Origin: Promethearchaeota archaeon
GTDB lineage: Archaea > Asgardarchaeota > Lokiarchaeia > Sigyniarchaeales > SOKP01
Reading direction: 5' to 3'
Length of the DNA stretch: 41,561 bases
NCBI GenBank assembly: GCA_048938895.1
Contig: JBHLLU010000014.1
Location: 45,390 to 86,950, forward strand
Below the pieces are notes generated by a model. It worked only from the letters and a program-made list of their open reading frames with translations. It was not told where the DNA came from and did no database searches. This document shows, one piece after another, positions 1-8,527 of this stretch. The position numbers and the translations under genes were made by a program. The first letter of the stretch is position 1; each line of letters opens with the position of its first letter.

Positions 1-330
1 AGATTTTGAATATTTTTAAATTAATTTTTAAAATTATTAATTACTATGACAAGAATAGTAATCATAATATAAAAATCTTAACTCTTTCTGTGGAGATCTG
101 AATATTTAATGCAGGAATTATTATTATTCTATTATTGATATTGATGATTTTTAAGTATTTAAGTGATTTTATTTTCTAAAAAAGTAGAATAGATGATCAA
201 AATGCAAAATATAGCCTCTTTTTTATAATACTATCTGATATTTTTATTTTTAATATATGAATATTAAATAAATGAAACTAACCAATATATCTATAAAATT
301 CTAATTAAAAGCTCCAGTACTTTATATAAA

Positions 331-1644
331 TTAATGGGTAGCACAGGATATGCAAGGGTCAAATGCTCTAATAATTATCTGAATTCTTTTTTTAACTAAA
401 TTAATATCGCCAGTTTTATTATAGAGATCTTGAGCATATTTTGTTATCATATCATTAATGAGGGGAATGTTAATTTCAGTAGGGATGAATATTTTTGCTT
501 TTTTGATCAAATTATTATCATCTACGTAATAATGATGTAGTAACATACCTCTTGGTGCTTCAATAACGCCTAAACCCTCTGAATTTTTCAAAGATGTAAG
601 TTTTGGGAATAGTATTCTCCTATTTAGCACGGATTCTTCTAAAACCTTCAATCCTGCCTGAGACTCAGTATACATTTCTAATAACTTAAGAAAGGTAGCA
701 AACAAAACCCCTTTTTGCCAAGATTTATCAAAATGTTCAAGATAAGTATTAATACTATTAACTGCATAATTTTCGGTAATTTTGTATCGAGATATCGGTC
801 CAACTAAAAATTTTTTACTTTTATCAAAATGGAAATCAATTCCTCTTAAATTGATATCCTTCTCAAAATATAAAGGATAATTTTTTTCTGTAAATTCGAT
901 GGAGTTTCTTTCACTTTCTTTAATTTTTAAGATCCCTGTATATCGATCGAAATTATCAAAGTTATTTAAACCTAAATACATTACTTCTGGGAAATCATAT
1001 TCTTTGGGAGGGATAAGATTCGAAAATATATCAATAAATTTCTCAATTATCCATTCCAAAATATTTATCGCTTTTTGAAAATATTTTCGCGCTAGAGAAA
1101 TATTTTTACGCGAAGGTAAATAAATAATTCCTCCTGGAATTGGAGTAATCAAATGAACAGATCTTCCACCAAAAATTTTTTCGATCTCGTTACCTATTTT
1201 AATTAATTCGTATATATTTGTTGTTAATTGAGGGTCATATTTGATCAAATCGTATGGAGTCAATAAGTTTTGACTAAGTTCAAAAATTTGAAAAAGATCT
1301 GGTAAAGCTTGGAAGAAGAAATGCATAGTGTGTGATTTTATTAATTCTCCAAATAATAACAAATACCTTAAAAGAATTGATTGTTTAGGTATAGTGATTT
1401 CAAACAAATTTTCTATTGCTTTACAGCTAGCAATCGTTTGAGATGCATAACATAAACCACATATCCGAGAAACAATTTTAGGGACATCATTTATTTTTTT
1501 TCCAATTAAAAAACTTTCAAATCCTCGATTTGTTCCCATTTCGAAATTAACAATTGAGATTTCATCGTTCTGGATTAAAAATTTTACAGTTCCATGACCT
1601 TCAACACGAGTACAAACATCTATTGTCTTTAACAACACCATCAC
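331..1644 (-). CDS. mvhA: Group 3 (MvhA/VhcA-like) [NiFe]-hydrogenase large subunit, Cys-type, no C-terminal extension
   Basis: TRVEGHG, L1 RICGLC, EAPRG, L2 RAFDPCISCATH followed directly by stop. True start may be a few codons downstream (1635-1641) given the AGGTGA RBS. Confidence 0.85.
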   Translation of the reverse strand: MMVLLKTIDVCTRVEGHGTVKFLIQNDEISIVNFEMGTNRGFESFLIGKKINDVPKIVSRICGLCYASQTIASCKAIENLFEITIPKQSILLRYLLLFGELIKSHTMHFFFQALPDLFQIFELSQNLLTPYDLIKYDPQLTTNIYELIKIGNEIEKIFGGRSVHLITPIPGGIIYLPSRKNISLARKYFQKAINILEWIIEKFIDIFSNLIPPKEYDFPEVMYLGLNNFDNFDRYTGILKIKESERNSIEFTEKNYPLYFEKDINLRGIDFHFDKSKKFLVGPISRYKITENYAVNSINTYLEHFDKSWQKGVLFATFLKLLEMYTESQAGLKVLEESVLNRRILFPKLTSLKNSEGLGVIEAPRGMLLHHYYVDDNNLIKKAKIFIPTEINIPLINDMITKYAQDLYNKTGDINLVKKRIQIIIRAFDPCISCATH

Positions 1645-2399
1645 CTTCTTAATTTTGGTTTTGAAAAACGATAAAATATACCTTCATAATTTTTCAAGTC
1701 ATTAGAAAGATTAACTAAACTTAAAAAATTAATGGCATTTGAAGTAAATTCTTTTGAAACAGGACCCATACAACCTTCACATGGGAGTCCTAATTTTATA
1801 CATTTACTCTCGCACCCTTCTCGAGTTATCGGCCCCAAACATAGAATTCCTCTTTTCAAAAAACATTCTGAATTTTCTTCACCAACAAAAATTTCATCAG
1901 GATTAGGATTTATTTTGATTATAGGGGTGTTTAAATTTTTCTCCATATTTTCCCTTAATGGACAACTAGAACATAAGATTTTTTCAGAAAGATTTGTATC
2001 TTTATTTTCTATTAACCTAATCAAGATATTACCAAATAATTTTTGGGGAGGAGGACAACCAGGAATAATTCCATCAACTTCAATATAGTTTGAGATTGGT
2101 TCTATATTTCTTGAATTCGAAAGACTTAAAATTCCTCCAAAAGCAGCACACGTACCGAGGGCAAATACTCTTTTTGAATGTTTTCTAACTTCTTTTAGGA
2201 GACTAATCTCGAATTCTTCAGATATACAACCTTCTACTATTGCAATATCGCAATCTTCAATCTTTTCCATATCTAAGATAAATGGAAAAAAAATAATTTT
2301 AGTTCTTTCAAGAAATTGAGGGAAAATATCTAATGAGATTAATGCTGAGATGCAACCACTACACGATGATAAAGAAATTATTATAAATTTAGGCTTCAA
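1641..2399 (-). CDS. mvhG: [NiFe]-hydrogenase small subunit (MvhG-like)
   Basis: SCSGC, VEG, LGTCAAFGG, IPGCPP, distal CSSC and CF..GILCLGP..GC..KC..PCEGCMGP clusters; no Tat signal; overlaps both neighbours. Confidence 0.85.
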   Translation of the reverse strand: MKPKFIIISLSSCSGCISALISLDIFPQFLERTKIIFFPFILDMEKIEDCDIAIVEGCISEEFEISLLKEVRKHSKRVFALGTCAAFGGILSLSNSRNIEPISNYIEVDGIIPGCPPPQKLFGNILIRLIENKDTNLSEKILCSSCPLRENMEKNLNTPIIKINPNPDEIFVGEENSECFLKRGILCLGPITREGCESKCIKLGLPCEGCMGPVSKEFTSNAINFLSLVNLSNDLKNYEGIFYRFSKPKLRR

Positions 2400-4938
2400 A
2401 TTTGATTTCCTCCACTAAATGATTATAGAATTTATTAACAATTTCAGTAAATTTACTGCCCTCAACGGCATTCATATGTTCAAGAATTACGCGATTACTG
2501 TATTTTGGGCCTAAAATTTTTTTTAATAATTTGATTTTATTATTAATTCTTTCTACTCCATCAATGTATCTACAAGCATTCTTGTTGCATCCAATAACCA
2601 TTACTCCATCAAATCCACGTTCAAATGATTTAATTATAAAATTAATATCAACTCGACCTGTACAGGGAACTCTAACGATGAAAATATTTGGATTATATGA
2701 AATTTTTTTGAGACCAGCATCATCAGCTGCCGCATATCCACAAGAACCACAACAAAAAGCGATAATTTTTGGACTTTTTTTATACTTTGAAAGCACATCA
2801 ATTGTCTTAAGAAACTTCTCTGAAGTGTCAATATTTAGATCAATTGCATTTGTAGGACAAACACTTACACATGTTCCGCATCCTTTACATTTGAATTTAT
2901 CAATGCTAATTTTATCAGATTCAATTGTTATTGCATTATATGGACAAGTTTTAGAACATAAGCCACATAATCCACATTTTTCCTCATTTATTTCTATCCC
3001 ACTAAATTCTGCTATCAAGTAATCCTGTGAGAGTAATGATATCACTTTTATCGCAACAGTATTTGCTGTAGAAATAGTGGAATTATAATCTAAAGGTCCA
3101 AAAATGGTTCCAACTCCATATATGCCTGAAGCTAAGGTTTCTTCGCTCATGAAGCCATAATCATCCAACGTAAAGTCCATAGTTTTTCTTAATGCTTTTA
3201 AATCTCTATTTGGAATAATTGTAAGATTCAATATTATCAAATCACTTGGATATTCTATTGAGTCAGCAACAACAAACTTTTTATTATCTCTTTCGACAAC
3301 TTCTATTTTATTGACATAATGAAACCTGGAATCGCTAGATCTGAGTATAAAGTCATTGTTTTCCTTGATTTTATTTAAATCATAGAAAACATTTATGATA
3401 CATTCAGGATTTTTTACATTTATACAACTTAAATATTTTAAAGCAAGAATATCATGAAGTTTATGTTGATGATTAGATTTACCGACACATTGAACAATTG
3501 AAATTTTTTTTGCTAGTGTTTTATCAGAAATTTTTATTATTTCCCCATTTGTAAAGCCATCCGAAGAAAGCATTCTTTCAAATTCAGGGGATGTAATTAT
3601 ATCATTTTGTGGATTATAATGGTATTGCTCCAAATCTGAGTATAAATCAGCACCGATAGCAATAACTTTTACTCCAACTTTGATCCTAATTTTTTCTTGT
3701 TTTTGATCAAGATTAATTGCTTTATTTATGCAAGCACGTTCACAGATTCTGCAATTAAGACAATTTTCTATATCTTCTACATCAATTAAAGGAACATAAG
3801 GATACGAATGAATAAATGGGATATAAATTATTTTTCTATTAGTTATACCAAATTCATATTGATTGGATTTTTCTATACTACATACGTCTATACATTGTTT
3901 ACAACCAGTACATTTTTTTACATCAACATAACGAGGTTTTTTGATTAAATCAATTGTAAAATCACCGACTTCTCCTGATACATTCTCAATTTCAGTATTA
4001 GTATAAATTTGTATATTTTTTTCTTTAACTAGTTCAGCAATCAATTCAGAGATAAAACAAATAGAACAATCACCGATTTTATAGATTCGATCCCACCTCG
4101 CTACTTTTCCACCCAAAGTTGGGGATTTTTCAATAAGATATACATTAATTCCTGCTCGAGCTAAATTTAGTGCAAGCGTCATACCAGCAATTCCACCACC
4201 TATAATTGCACAACTCTTTTGTACTTCAACCCTCTTAATTTTTACATTCTTCTGAAGAATAACACGCTCTACGGCAGCTTCAATTAATAATTTTGCTTTT
4301 TCTAAAATTAGTGTACGATCTAATTTATCCAATTTAGATTGATGAACCCAACAACATTGTTCTCGAATATTTGCTATTTCAATGTTCACCCGTTCAATAA
4401 CTCCTTCAAAAATGCGTTCGAAAATATGTTGATGCGTTTTTGGTGAACATGCAGCAATGACAATTTTGTTTAAGAAATTATCTTTAACCCATTTAGCAAT
4501 CTTAATAAAATTTTTTTGTTGACATAGATTTTCAAAGATTTTAACTGAAACAACAAATTTTAGCTTATTTATATAGTTTTCAAGCGCATTTACATTAATA
4601 ATATTTGAAATTTCTGTATTACAGTTACAAATAATAACCCCAACTCGACTTATTTCACTTCCTTTTAAATCTAAATACTCATCTATATCTTCTCCCGATA
4701 AAATCCTTTTATTAATATTTAAAATTTTAAGAACCCGTTTTCCTTCTTCTGTAAGAAAATATGATTTTTTGTCTTTATCTATAAGAGATCCAATTTTTTT
4801 AAGGTGGAAGTTTAACTGCCCCGTTGTTTCTAAGCCAAGTCTTTCCATTAAATCTGTATAGGGAATATAACCCTCATTTTCTAGAAGCAGTAATATCCTT
4901 CTTCTAAATGGATGAGATAATATTGAATATATATCCAA
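2389..4938 (-). CDS. Winged-helix (ArsR-like) + degenerate HdrA + MvhD fusion protein
   Basis: N-terminal ILSHPFRRRILLLL...TGQLNFHLKK...YFLTEEG wHTH. HdrA motifs CNC, AACSP, NIREQC, GGGIAG, DCSIC, ferredoxin insert and C-terminal 2x[4Fe-4S]. MvhD motifs AFCC..CGYAAAD, RVPCTGRVD, GC....CRY. TTG start with GGAGG at 4949-4953. Confidence 0.85.
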   Translation of the reverse strand: MDIYSILSHPFRRRILLLLENEGYIPYTDLMERLGLETTGQLNFHLKKIGSLIDKDKKSYFLTEEGKRVLKILNINKRILSGEDIDEYLDLKGSEISRVGVIICNCNTEISNIINVNALENYINKLKFVVSVKIFENLCQQKNFIKIAKWVKDNFLNKIVIAACSPKTHQHIFERIFEGVIERVNIEIANIREQCCWVHQSKLDKLDRTLILEKAKLLIEAAVERVILQKNVKIKRVEVQKSCAIIGGGIAGMTLALNLARAGINVYLIEKSPTLGGKVARWDRIYKIGDCSICFISELIAELVKEKNIQIYTNTEIENVSGEVGDFTIDLIKKPRYVDVKKCTGCKQCIDVCSIEKSNQYEFGITNRKIIYIPFIHSYPYVPLIDVEDIENCLNCRICERACINKAINLDQKQEKIRIKVGVKVIAIGADLYSDLEQYHYNPQNDIITSPEFERMLSSDGFTNGEIIKISDKTLAKKISIVQCVGKSNHQHKLHDILALKYLSCINVKNPECIINVFYDLNKIKENNDFILRSSDSRFHYVNKIEVVERDNKKFVVADSIEYPSDLIILNLTIIPNRDLKALRKTMDFTLDDYGFMSEETLASGIYGVGTIFGPLDYNSTISTANTVAIKVISLLSQDYLIAEFSGIEINEEKCGLCGLCSKTCPYNAITIESDKISIDKFKCKGCGTCVSVCPTNAIDLNIDTSEKFLKTIDVLSKYKKSPKIIAFCCGSCGYAAADDAGLKKISYNPNIFIVRVPCTGRVDINFIIKSFERGFDGVMVIGCNKNACRYIDGVERINNKIKLLKKILGPKYSNRVILEHMNAVEGSKFTEIVNKFYNHLVEEIKFEA

Positions 4939-5215
4939 TCTAAAATTCCCTCCTTTTTTACTTCATTTTCAAATATTAAATCTACTCAAGTTTCCATTAT
5001 CAGAATTCACCATATTGATTGGTGATATCAAAAATGATAATGACTATTTTAGCAAATATTATGATCTCTATGATAAATATTATTGTCAATATATATAAAT
5101 GTATCCCTTTCTGTATATTCAATATGCAATAAATATCAATGAATGTTGGGGAAAATGATAAAATAGATATTGATTTTAAATTCGGATAGATTTAATTAGT
5201 CCATTGAATATCAAA

Positions 5216-5298
5216 TTGATAAAAAGATTTGTCAAAATAATGAATATTTTTCTTATCAGATTTTTTAAATTTCTCTCACCTCATTATTTAATCGGAAT
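5216..5298 (+). promoter_or_regulatory. hdrA promoter: TTGATAA-N6-TTGTCAA palindrome, TTATCAG half-site, TTTAAA TATA-like box
   Basis: Ungapped collinear match to 7769-7851 with motifs at identical offsets. Confidence 0.7.
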
Positions 5299-5386
5299 TT
5301 ACATTAAAAAGTAATTTTTTTGATTTTTCAAATTTGAAAGATTTATCAGGAAAAATAATAGGTGATATTTCTAATAGGTGGATTAA

Positions 5387-7423
5387 TTGTCTGAAATGCA
5401 GACCAATGTTAGGATAGGAGTATATATCTGTAGATGAGGAGTAAATATTGGTGCTACTATTGATTGTGATATGGTTAGAAATTATGTTGAATTACTCGCT
5501 GGTGTCATAATTGCTAGAGTAAATGATTTTACTTGCAGTTCTCCTGGACAAGCCATAATCAAGAATGACATTCTAGATTTAGATTTGAACCGGGTAGTTG
5601 TAGCAGCTTGTACTCCAAAAATTCATGAATCCACTTATCGAGCAATATTAATTGAAGCCGGGTTGAGTCCATATTATTTTCAAATGGTTAACCTGCGTGA
5701 ACAGTGCTCATTTATTCACTCAGATGATAAAAAAAATGCTACTCAAAAAGCTATAAGATTAATACAAGCAGGAATTAGTCGTGCTCGGGAATTAGAGATT
5801 ATTCCTCATAAAAAAATTTCTGTTGAAAAATCTGTTTTAGTTATTGGTGCTGGAATTGCTGGGATGAATGCCGCTTTAGATTTAGCAAATCAAGGAATTC
5901 GTGTTTATTTAATTGAAAAAGAAGCCACAATTGGTGGTAAAATGGCACAATTAGACCGAATTTACCCCACTGATGATTGTGGAATATGAGTACTCGCACC
6001 CATTATGGTAAGTACATCAAAACATCCAAATATAGAATTATTTACTTATAGTGAGATTATCGAATTTGATGGCATCCCTGGGAATTATTATGTTAAAATA
6101 CAAAAGAATCCCCGTTATGTTGATGAAAGAAAATGTACTGGTTGTGGATTATGTACAATGAAATGCCCAGTAAAAGTCCCGAATGAATTTAATAGAAATA
6201 TTGGTGAAAGAGGTGCAATTTACATACCATTTCCACAAGCAGTTCCTAAAATTGCTTTAATTGATAGGGATGTCTGTATCGAATGTAAGACTTGTCAAAG
6301 AGACTGCCCAGCAGAAGCTATCGAATTTGATCAAGAACCAGAGTTTATAAATTTAAATGTTGGAGCAATAATTATCGCTACTGGATGGGATGAATATCCG
6401 ATTATGAAGTTTAACGATTATAATTATGGCATTTATCCAAATGTAATAACACAAATAGAGCTAGAACGGATTCTTAGTCCAATTGGACCAACCAATGGTC
6501 ACCTTTGTAGGATTTCTGATGGAAAAATCCCAAAAACAGTAGCTATGATTCAATGTGTTGGCTCGAGAACCATTAAAGGAAATCCCTATTGTTCTGTTGT
6601 TTGCTGCACTGTTGCTCTTAAAAATGCTCAGTTGATAAAGCAAGAATATCCTGATATAGATATCGTTATTTTTTACATAGATATTAGAGCGTGGGATAAA
6701 GGAAATGAAGAATATTATAGGAGAGCAAGAGAAGCAGGAATAGTAATGGTTAGGGGAAAAGTAGGAGAGATTAGAGAGGATCCAACAACAAAGAAGCTAA
6801 AAGTTCGAGCTTCTTCAACTTTAACAGATGAATTCATTACTATGGATGCAGATTTAGTTGTATTATCAACAGGTATGATTCCTTCTAAAAGTACAGCAAC
6901 AATTATTAATCTCTTAGGATTAAACAAAGATTCTAATGGTTTTTTGAGTGAGATACATGGATGCTTAAAACCTCAAGAAACAAATAATTTAGGTATTTAT
7001 ATTTGTGGATGTGCTGCAGGACCTAAAAATATACCTTATTCTGTATCCACAGCATTAGCTGCGGCAAGTAAGGCGTCAACATTACTTTCGAAGGATAGTA
7101 TAATTCAAGAATTAATTATAGCAGAAATAGACGAGACTTTATGTATGGGCTGTCATAGATGTGAAAAGCTCTGTATTAATAGGGCAATGACAGTTAATGG
7201 AGAGGGTATTGCAGAAGTAGATGATTTAAAGTGTAAAGGATGCGGTGTTTGTGTTTCCTCATGTCCAGCTCGAGCAATTGATCTTAAATATTATAGAGAT
7301 AAACAGTTTGTTGAAGAAATAAAAGGAATTTCTAGTATTGAAATTAAATATAAGCAGGAATCTATTGAATCGGTTGAATTTATTGTGAAACAGATTGAAG
7401 AATTAACTCCTCATAAAGCTTAA
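5387..7423 (+). CDS. hdrA: Selenocysteine-containing heterodisulfide reductase subunit A (2 Sec, 678 aa)
   Basis: ORFs 5471-5989 and 6005-7423 are in the same frame. TGA 5435-5437 gives RIGVYICR-U-GVNI and TGA 5987-5989 gives YPTDDCGI-U-VLAPIM, both at conserved HdrA Cys positions. TTG start at 5387 after GGTGGA (alternative ATG 5396). Intact QCVGSR, CSVVCC, GCAAGPK. Confidence 0.88.
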
Positions 7424-7493
7424 ACCGAAAAAGAATGATCCTTTCATAAAATCTTAGTTGAAAGGGAACTAACCCATAGCCAGGGTTTTCGGT
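7424..7493 (+). ncRNA. Candidate 3'-UTR SECIS element
   Basis: Immediately after the hdrA stop: outer stem ACCGAAAA/TTTTCGGT; ATGA (7435-7438) then stem TCCTTTCA/TGAAAGG with GA at 7466-7467 and an A-rich loop; side hairpin CCC-N7-GGG. The core register needs a 1-nt bulge. Confidence 0.6.
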
Positions 7494-7768
7494 ATATTAA
7501 TTTTGAATAAATTTATTTAATTTTAGAATTTTGATTTATTGATAATTTTTTCTAAATCTAAAGTTTTAATTATAAAATTATATTCTACCTAAGTCAAAAA
7601 TAGACTTATTAAAGAGATTTAATTTAATAGAATTTGATTAGTATATTTAATTTTTATTTTTGTAAAAAAATTGACAAATTTCTTTTTCATTTTATATCTA
7701 TTCATTTGATATAAATCCGATTTTAAACTTGATACTCTCATTTAAAAAAAATTCACTAAAGTGATAAA

Positions 7769-7851
7769 TTGACAATAAATTTTGTCAAATACAATAAAAT
7801 TTTTGTTATCAGATTCTTTAAATTTTGAGCTTTTAATTATTTATTTGGAAT
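7769..7851 (+). promoter_or_regulatory. Promoter with perfect TTGACAA-N6-TTGTCAA palindrome, TTATCAG and TTTAAA
   Basis: Palindrome at 7769-7788, TTATCAG 7806-7812, TTTAAA 7817-7822; same layout as 5216-5298. Confidence 0.7.
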
Positions 7852-7885
7852 AGTTAGATTTATTTATTATGAGGTGAGAATTAAG

Positions 7886-8527
7886 ATGGAAGTTCTAGAA
7901 ATTAAACCTGTTAGGAATAAAGAAATTAAAGCTTATTTGGTGAATTTGTCTGAAATAAAATCAAAACTTAATAATAATTTAAATATAAATGAGTTTTTAA
8001 CTCATCAGAATATTAAATTTGCCACAATTGATTTAGAAAATGAGAATCTTAGAACTTTTACTAAGTCCTCATTAGCAAAAGTGTTGGAACAGTATAAGAT
8101 TCCTTTTTATCCTGTAGATATCCCTGAATATGTAATGGGTTATCTTATAGCAGAAATAGTAGAAAAAGAGGAACAAGTTAATGAATTAATTAAAGAATTT
8201 CTTAGTATGAGTAATAAACAATCAATAAAAGGTCTGAATTTAAAATCTTGGATTGATTTCCTCAAGGCAGAGATCGATGAAAAGAAAGTATTTTTACAGT
8301 TAAAGTTAAGACCAAAATGGATTGTGAAAAAAATTTTAGATATAATAAGACTTAGAAATGATACTGAAATCGCATTTGTCCATTTTGCTCAGGATAACAT
8401 ATTTAATGAGACGATGAAGCTTTTAAAAGATTTAAACATAAATATTAAAGAATGTGATCAAAAAAAGGAAATTATTAATTTAAATTTAATAATAAAAGAG
8501 GTGGAATTAGAACAATGGAAGTATTAG
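7886..8527 (+). CDS. Hypothetical protein paralogous to the N-terminal domain of the downstream Mtd fusion (degenerate TraB/Tiki-like fold?)
   Basis: GAGGTGA RBS favours ATG 7886. Shares MEVLE(I/L)KP, IP(F/Y)..VDI.E....YL and R..W(I/M)...IL with 8515-10191. Confidence 0.7.
   Translation: MEVLEIKPVRNKEIKAYLVNLSEIKSKLNNNLNINEFLTHQNIKFATIDLENENLRTFTKSSLAKVLEQYKIPFYPVDIPEYVMGYLIAEIVEKEEQVNELIKEFLSMSNKQSIKGLNLKSWIDFLKAEIDEKKVFLQLKLRPKWIVKKILDIIRLRNDTEIAFVHFAQDNIFNETMKLLKDLNINIKECDQKKEIINLNLIIKEVELEQWKY

Noticed and set aside
1-330. Possible SECIS or ORF downstream of the hydrogenase operon
   Set aside because: Low-complexity AT-rich DNA, and the operon has no in-frame UGA needing recoding.
5471-7423. 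Two separate HdrA ORFs, or a pseudogene
   Set aside because: Same reading frame, both TGAs at conserved Cys positions, no other lesions, and a 3' SECIS-like structure.
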